From NCBI GenBank assembly GCA_965222605.1, contig OZ244960.1, forward strand, positions 3,360,001-3,424,000: a stretch of DNA of 64,000 nt. Reading direction: 5' to 3'. Source of the DNA: Candidatus Latescibacterota bacterium. GTDB taxonomy: Bacteria > Latescibacterota > UBA2968. Shown here piece by piece: positions 58,129 through 64,000 of the stretch; positions within the stretch are counted from its first letter, which is position 1; the number at the start of each line of letters is the position of its first letter. Below the pieces are notes generated by a model, which was given only the letters and a program-made list of their open reading frames with translations, ran no database searches and had not been told where the DNA came from. The position numbers and the translations under genes were made by a program.

Positions 58129-58184
58129 CCTGTCTGCCAGAAGCACAGGCAGGCGTGCCTGCTTGCGCGCCCCGCGCAGGCAAG
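58129..58184. repeat. Two adjacent micro-insertions (25-mer 58129-58153, 27-mer 58158-58184)
   Basis: CCTGTCTGCCAGAAGCACAGGCAGG and CCTGCTTGCGCGCCCCGCGCAGGCAAG; removal gives VAQQACHWRWKIE. Confidence 0.88.
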
Positions 58185-58445
58185 TCACTGGCGCTGGAAA
58201 ATTGAGCAATTCCACCGAGAGGCAAAACAAGTCACAGGGCTTGAAAAATGTCAATGCCGCTTGGCACGCATTGTGCGAAATCACATTGGGTGTGCCTTCC
58301 TCGTTTGGCTACGCCTTGAGCAGGTCGCCTATCAAACACGACAATCCGTTTATCAGGTCAAATACGGCTTGTTGGATGACTATCTCAGACAACAACTCAA
58401 AGATCCCTCTATTCTCATGACCCTTGCGTAAGTCCTAATAAAAAT

Positions 58446-58476
58446 AGCGCGTTGGTTTGTGGAGAACCAACGCGCT
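58446..58476 (-). terminator. Probable intrinsic terminator
   Basis: 12-bp perfect stem AGCGCGTTGGTT/AACCAACGCGCT with T-tract on the minus strand. Confidence 0.55.
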
Positions 58477-58830
58477 GGATCGGGGGTTTTGTTTTTACAC
58501 ATCTCACCAAGGATAGACGGATAATTTTTACCCGTCTCGCAATTTAAAAGCCTCCTATTTTCCAAAAAATAATAAAGTAATATTTTTGCGTCAAGTAAAA
58601 ATTGCTCATGGATAACTACCTTAACTTGTTTGTTTAATGGCAGTTATATTTAAAATAATCTTAACTTAGGAGAATAGTGTGGCTAAATCTTTATACGCAC
58701 AATACTTCGGACATTTTTTAAAAAAGGGATAGACAAAAAAGTGCCGTTCACACAGATTGGATGTCAAAGATTTTCCCAGTCAAAGGGATCTGTAACCCAA
58801 AATTTGAACCAGTTAGCAGGCTAATTCACG

Positions 58831-59732
58831 CTAAGGATCAGTCGTGATATTTCTCATAAGAATTGCCTGCACCACTTCTTGTGGCGTCTGGTAGCTCAGG
58901 GCAGAATGCCGTCGGCCCTGATTGTAATACGTCATTTGCTTGTCTATCACACAGATAAGTTCTGCCAAAGCGTCTGCTTGCATCATCAAAGTTTTGTTTT
59001 CGGTTTTGAAACGTCCCAGAAGGACTCAATCCACGGATTATCTTTTGCTCCGTTCATCGCAAAAGAAATCCCTGCACGTTCTTTGATCAACACACGATGT
59101 AACCAGTCGTATGAGGTATAAACTGAATCGCGGTCATGATGGATGAGGATGTCCGAAAGTCTCCTGTCCAAACAGGCCAAGTTATTTTGCAACTGATCCA
59201 AACAATAAATCGCCAGGGCACGATTGCGATGTGCGCCCACGCCAAAGCCTGCGATCCATCTGGTGTGGATGTCCAAAAAGGCCATTAACCACGCTTTTTT
59301 CTGTCCCTGGCAATAGCGTACTTCGGTAAAGTCGGTGCAAAAGACACACAGCGGATCAACGGTGCGGTTCTGAACTAAATTGGCGTCTTGTCCCACCTCG
59401 CTTATCAGCTTCAATACCGGATTCTTGCCACGTTTTGGCAGATGACGAGGTAAGTCCAACTCATAGGTTGACAAGAGCTTACGCAACCGCTTATGATTGA
59501 CCACGATGCCAGTACGGGCTTTTATATCTTCCTTGATGCGGCGATACCCATAACCAGGATGATGCCGGATCGTGGTTATGATCTCGTCCTTTATCTGCTC
59601 ATCTGATCTCGAACAAGATGCCTGACCGCGACGATAATGAAGCGTCCCTTTGGACAAGCCTAAGGCACGACAGCACATATTCAGACCATACCTGTCTTTA
59701 TGCCTTTCGACCAGTTCTACTTTCTCAGACAC
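58831..59732 (-). pseudogene. IS3 OrfB integrase with 1-bp frameshift near 59015
   Basis: YGYRR, TDFT, HHDR, DNPWIESFW; one more G restores GRFKTEN...YYNQGRRHSALSY. Confidence 0.82.
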
Positions 59733-59734
59733 GT

Positions 59735-60019
59735 TCAGCGGGTGCCTAAAAAATTTTTGAGCAGAGCCAGTTCTACTTCTTTTTGACCCAGCAGGCGCTC
59801 CAGATCAGACACACGCGCTTCATACGTCTTGACGGTATCATTGCCAGAGAAAATCTCGGCACCGCTGTCTATAAACTGACGCTTCCATTTGGATAGACTC
59901 ACGGGATGCACATCGTAAGCACGAGCGACTTCTGCATCCTCTTTGTCCGAGGTCAGTGCCTCTAATACGATCTGGAACTTGAGTTTAGCGGAATAGGACT
60001 TCTTGGATCTCTTCGACAT
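59735..60019 (-). CDS. IS3 OrfA (HTH)
   Basis: YSAKLKFQIV...VARAYDVHP..LSKWK; T TTT TTA slip site at the 3' end leads by -1 shift into the orfB frame. Confidence 0.88.
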   Translation of the reverse strand: MSKRSKKSYSAKLKFQIVLEALTSDKEDAEVARAYDVHPVSLSKWKRQFIDSGAEIFSGNDTVKTYEARVSDLERLLGQKEVELALLKNFLGTR

Positions 60020-60181
60020 GGTATCTCCTCCTGTTAGGTGAGAAAATACCACGCTGATACCCAATGTCAATTAGCCTTTATACCGGGTCAACTTTTGGGG
60101 CGCACCTCAATTTTCCATCTTTGGATCCGTTGGAGTCGTTCATATTTTCAGATTGCCTTCCCAGTTTGCTGCTTATACATC

Positions 60182-61762
60182 TCAGGGATAAAGCGCCAGC
60201 TCCATACGCGTGAACGTAACCGCCTCGCCACGGTCTTCAAATCCAAACTCAAACGCATTCCACCCCTTTTGCAGTAAATTCAACGGAACCAAAAAATCTT
60301 TATAGACCGCTTGTGTCTCAGGAATGCCTCCCTCGTACGGCGTTTCAAATAGTTCGCCCTCGTGCGCGGTTTCATCCAGACAAACCGAGTGGAGAAAGGC
60401 TGCAATGCGCCTCGTTTTGATTGCCTGTTTTGCCATCAATCTCAGAATCGCACGGGAGAAGGTGTGCGCCGGGTTGGCATCAGCCAGGTGAATCTGAAGG
60501 ATCACAGGTCGATCCCCTGTAAGCGTTGCATCGAGCTGCTTAGAGAACGAGAGATCCGAATCAATTTGATTGTCCCCGATGAAATAGTGTTTCGGCTGTC
60601 TCGCCAGAAACTCGCAATCCGCGATGTGCTGCAAAGGCGAATAATCTGGCCACCTCTGCCCGCGGGGATTCGCATAGGGCAAGTTAAAAAGGCTGATGCC
60701 GTCGGCCCCTCGTTCCAGAAAACTGTGAGCGGTTGCATGAAACATCTCCCGAGTCATGATCCTCCGCCCGTTCGGATCGGAAGAAATGCAGTGCCCTATT
60801 TCTGCATGGAGGGTGGTCTCGGGGTAGGCCTTGCGAAACGCCTCGATCTCGCCGTCTGGTTGCGTGTGAAACAGTGCCGAAATATTGATGGAATTGATCA
60901 GGCCGCGTTCGACCCAGTTCATCAGGTCCAGCCCGATGTCGCGCAACAGATCCAGCCGATTGGGAACTCTGGCGATGATCGGAACGTGTTTTCCACCTGT
61001 CTGGTCCACCATCTCCCTGATGCGCTGCACAAACGCCGTCATAACAGGCGCCTTCTCTTCAAAAGGCATCTCGTCCGGAAAAAACCACGGCCACCGCAGA
61101 AAGTCCAGCTCGAGACCATCAATTTTATAGCGTCGGCACAGTTCTTCGACAAACCCAAACTGATAATCGCGCACTTCCTGGTGCAAGAAACACAGAGCAA
61201 GGCGTTTGCGACACGTCCGATTCGTCCCTTTGCCTTCGGGGGCCAATGGAGCCGAAGGCCCCCCGATCCGGTACTCCGGGTGCTCCCGCCAGAAACGCGA
61301 AGTCGTGTCGCTGCCCGGGATTTCGACGAACTGGCTCTCATTCATCCGCCACGAGAAAAGGAAGGCGATTCCTCTTTCCTGCGCCCGGTTCTGCGCGATC
61401 TGAATCACATCAAATCCGTCCAGGATCAGCTCGCCCGCTCGCTTGTAGTTGTTGCAGCCAAAGCCTTCGAATTTCCTGGTATGGAACTCCTCCCGCCAGA
61501 AGGGATCGTGGTCCGAATCCCATCCTGGAACCTGATACAGGCTATTTGGACACAGGGCCAGTGCATCACAGCCGGCATCTGCCACCAGATCCACATGACA
61601 CTGCACGGTTTCCATATCTGTCAGAGCCGATCCGCCGGGTGCTGTGCCGAGACTGCGCCACAGGTAATCTTGATTGAAGAGCACATCATAATCGGTCTTT
61701 CGAATGGATCGCTTCATGTTTTTTACACAGTTTTCAATATTTGGCTCTGGTTGTTGGATCAT
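60182..61762 (-). CDS. GHL10-like glycoside hydrolase TIM barrel protein
   Basis: FSWRMNE, FWREHPEY, YKIDGLELDFLR, GADGISLFN. Confidence 0.72.
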   Translation of the reverse strand: MIQQPEPNIENCVKNMKRSIRKTDYDVLFNQDYLWRSLGTAPGGSALTDMETVQCHVDLVADAGCDALALCPNSLYQVPGWDSDHDPFWREEFHTRKFEGFGCNNYKRAGELILDGFDVIQIAQNRAQERGIAFLFSWRMNESQFVEIPGSDTTSRFWREHPEYRIGGPSAPLAPEGKGTNRTCRKRLALCFLHQEVRDYQFGFVEELCRRYKIDGLELDFLRWPWFFPDEMPFEEKAPVMTAFVQRIREMVDQTGGKHVPIIARVPNRLDLLRDIGLDLMNWVERGLINSINISALFHTQPDGEIEAFRKAYPETTLHAEIGHCISSDPNGRRIMTREMFHATAHSFLERGADGISLFNLPYANPRGQRWPDYSPLQHIADCEFLARQPKHYFIGDNQIDSDLSFSKQLDATLTGDRPVILQIHLADANPAHTFSRAILRLMAKQAIKTRRIAAFLHSVCLDETAHEGELFETPYEGGIPETQAVYKDFLVPLNLLQKGWNAFEFGFEDRGEAVTFTRMELALYP

Positions 61763-61782
61763 GTTCCTTTTGTTCCTTTTGC

Positions 61783-63783
61783 CTACCACGAATAGACATG
61801 GTGCCCGCGTTCTGGGAACCAGATGACATCGACCAGGCAACTGCACCCCACCGCGAACACGTATCCCACGATTAGTCCGTAGCAGCAGGGCAATACACGC
61901 CGGTAAAGCTCGATCCCGCCCAATCTCAGCACCACCAGCTTGGAAATCCACACGAGAAATACGTTCAGCATGTAAAACTGCAAATAAGGCATCCCAAAAA
62001 GCATCAGTCCCAGCGGATGTGCCGGCCACCACAGCACCCGGGTCTGCAGCACCCCGAACAGCACGACCAGCAGTCCTCCCGTCAACCAGATCCCCATCTT
62101 ATAAGGATCGAATACCGTTCGCTCTGTTTCGGTTAACATACCTGCGGCTCGGTTATAGACGTTCCGGGCCGCGCCTTCCGTGTTCCAGTAATCCAGATTG
62201 GCACCCCCGTCCGCGTAACAGAGCCAGATGGTGGAAAGTGCCGAGGTCAACAGCCCTACCAGCAGGCCGATGCAGATCAGCCGCACGCTTCCCTTTGTCT
62301 CGCCCCAAATTCTGGCTACCTGGGGCAGCGCTGGCGGCACACGCCAGCCAGCCAGGCTGCGGGGGTGAACTACCTGTATTCCAATCAGGCTCGAGTCCGA
62401 CATTCCGGTTGTGCCCAAAAGCGTCATTGTGTTGGTTTTGGACAGGCCGCTCCAAAAGGGATGCACAAAGGCGTATCCGCTGACCGCCAGAAGCTTCATG
62501 GTCGCAAGCAGCACCATGCAGAAGCTGAGTAGAAAGAACGCGATCACCAGAGGATCGTAGCCTACATTGTGCAGCCAGGAAGCCATGTAGATCAGGCCAC
62601 CGGCCAGGACTACCACCGCCATCCTGGGAGGAAGTACCGCCGTCTCTGATGCCTCGCCCGGAATGGGTGCGACGATTTGCCGGAACACGCGTTTCAGATG
62701 ACCTCGCGCGGTCCAGATCGCCCAGACCACCAGTCCCGCGATTGCGCCGTTTGCAAAGATGGGTGCCGCCCCCCAGTAATCCACCTGTTGTCCACTCAAT
62801 CCCACAGCGGTCCCGGTTCGGTTCATCCAGTACTGAATGGCGCATCCCACGACGTACGGCGCCCAGATTCCAAAAAGGATATCCAGATTGCACAGAAACG
62901 TAAATGCGGTCAGCGTGGGCAGAATGCGGTAGGTTAGCGCGTGAATCGAGAGATAGCGAGACAGATGAATTTTTCGCCTCGCGTGGTGGTCGTAAATGGA
63001 AATCCGGGGAAAACCCGGCACCCAGTATGTCGCGATATTCCAGAGTACCGGAAATGCCGAGACCGCAAATCCCACCCAGAACGCCCGGGTTCGCACAAAC
63101 GGCGGCCAACCTCGGCGCCGGTCAAATCCCTCGGTCAGCGACAGGGAGATATCCGCCAGAGGGAATGCCAGGCGCTCGTGCTGCACCCAGTGTTTTTGAA
63201 ACAGTGCCGTCAGCCCCAGGCCAATCGCGGTAATCGCCAGTGCCGTGGAGACTGACCAGAAAAGCGGCATTGACCAGGCTCCCCAGGGGACGCTTCCGCC
63301 AGGCCCCAGACCCTGGTAGAATCCCTCCAGTACTCTGGGGGCGTTGATCGGGTACATCCACCAGGGCAGGTGATCGAAAATCAACTCTTCCCAGCGGTTC
63401 TCGGGCGACGCCAAATACCTCGGTCCGGCCATTTGTCCCACCCATTGGCTCGCCCAATTGTACCCGACGAATAGTCCGCCGATCCAGAGCACGCAAAGCA
63501 ACAACCGAAGTTCCGCAGAGGTCAGCGATAACCGCGGCATGAACCGCTTCAACAGTGTATTGCCCAGGAGCCAGAACACAAATGGCAGCAGCGCGGTCAT
63601 CGGCAGGTTGGACACGGCCATTCGCACAGACCGGGTTCTCATTTCCAGGTACATAGACGCTATGCAGCCCAGAGCCAGGGTGACTACCGCAATCAGCACC
63701 ATCCACCACCGCACGCGCTCGGCCTCGGTCACCGCTTCTGCCGCTTGAACTTCGTGGCTCAACGCTCCAGATAGCTGTGCCAT
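61783..63783 (-). CDS. DUF6785/DUF6784 multi-pass membrane protein (putative transporter)
   Basis: W.QHERL.FPL, WWPAHPLG, K..VLRLGG..LYR; many TM segments. Confidence 0.8.
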   Translation of the reverse strand: MAQLSGALSHEVQAAEAVTEAERVRWWMVLIAVVTLALGCIASMYLEMRTRSVRMAVSNLPMTALLPFVFWLLGNTLLKRFMPRLSLTSAELRLLLCVLWIGGLFVGYNWASQWVGQMAGPRYLASPENRWEELIFDHLPWWMYPINAPRVLEGFYQGLGPGGSVPWGAWSMPLFWSVSTALAITAIGLGLTALFQKHWVQHERLAFPLADISLSLTEGFDRRRGWPPFVRTRAFWVGFAVSAFPVLWNIATYWVPGFPRISIYDHHARRKIHLSRYLSIHALTYRILPTLTAFTFLCNLDILFGIWAPYVVGCAIQYWMNRTGTAVGLSGQQVDYWGAAPIFANGAIAGLVVWAIWTARGHLKRVFRQIVAPIPGEASETAVLPPRMAVVVLAGGLIYMASWLHNVGYDPLVIAFFLLSFCMVLLATMKLLAVSGYAFVHPFWSGLSKTNTMTLLGTTGMSDSSLIGIQVVHPRSLAGWRVPPALPQVARIWGETKGSVRLICIGLLVGLLTSALSTIWLCYADGGANLDYWNTEGAARNVYNRAAGMLTETERTVFDPYKMGIWLTGGLLVVLFGVLQTRVLWWPAHPLGLMLFGMPYLQFYMLNVFLVWISKLVVLRLGGIELYRRVLPCCYGLIVGYVFAVGCSCLVDVIWFPERGHHVYSW

Positions 63784-63826
63784 GGCACAATCTCCGGTGG
63801 TACTTCTCGACACGCTATGCCGTCGG

Positions 63827-64000
63827 CTAATCCCTGGGTACTCCTGCTTCTTTGAAAGCGTTGCTCAGGGCCGTGTAGGAACGGCGTGCGGTATCCACTG
63901 TATCGAATCCCTCCTGTGACCAGATACGGGCGCTGACCTCCAGGGTGATATAATCGTCCCAGCCGGCTTGCGCCATGGCCCGCATATAGGCGGTAGAATC
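63827..64000 (-). CDS. C-terminus of a sugar phosphate isomerase/epimerase (5' partial)
   Basis: ...MAQAGWDDYITLEVS...AFKEAGVPRD*. Confidence 0.6.
   Translation of the reverse strand, partial: DSTAYMRAMAQAGWDDYITLEVSARIWSQEGFDTVDTARRSYTALSNAFKEAGVPRD

Larger units (their letters stand above)
57281..58431 (+). pseudogene. IS701 DDE transposase disrupted by five hairpin micro-insertions
   Basis: IFDDT, LMDSWY, RWKIEQFHRE; removing 30+52+25+27 bp leaves a 1017-bp uninterrupted ORF. Confidence 0.92.
57194..58437 (+). mobile_element. IS701-family insertion sequence
   Basis: IRs CAGGACTTACGCAA / TTGCGTAAGTCCTA; 5-bp target duplication ATAAA (57189-93, 58438-42). Confidence 0.92.
58791..60104 (-). 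mobile_element. IS3-family insertion sequence
   Basis: Imperfect TG...CA IRs (TGTAACCCAAAATTTGAACC / TGCGCCCCAAAAGTTGACCC), orfA+orfB; no target duplication seen. Confidence 0.88.

Noticed and set aside
57294-58184. Micro-insertions as CRISPR repeats or classical MITEs
   Set aside because: Irregular spacing inside a gene, mixed orientation, no spacers, no target duplication and no similarity to the IS701 or IS3 ends.
60362-61795. 477-aa plus-strand ORF (also 49935-51095, 16314-17315, 13281-14255, 62153-63109)
   Set aside because: Antisense or alternate-frame shadows of well-supported genes, with no recognisable motifs.

Overview
64-kb bacterial window. The dockerin-like/LRR secreted proteins, GWxTD, DUF6785 and the many sulfatases and PhyH dioxygenases suggest a Latescibacterota/Poribacteria-like heterotroph, possibly host-associated; this is inference only. 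Left to right: (i) a ~15-kb minus-strand defence island (PLD-SNF2 helicase, Eco57I-like N6A methylase, HNH nuclease, AbiJ-like HEPN protein, orphan ORF, Gabija gajAB, orphan antitoxins, DprA/SLOG); (ii) catabolic and housekeeping genes with toxin-antitoxin pairs inserted among them, and a two-component system with an LTxxQ-repeat partner; (iii) a cohesin/dockerin-like locus with two internalin-type LRR genes built from 66-bp repeats; (iv) a mosaic glycan/sulfate catabolism region; (v) a promoter-to-terminator structured RNA candidate, an IS701 and an IS3. The most striking observation is the IS701 transposase. It carries five 25-30-bp CCTG...CAGG hairpin micro-insertions (one nested inside another) with fixed arms, variable 3-nt centres and no target duplication. 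Removing them restores an uninterrupted 338-aa transposase. I saw no such units elsewhere in the window. No rRNA, tRNA or CRISPR array was seen.
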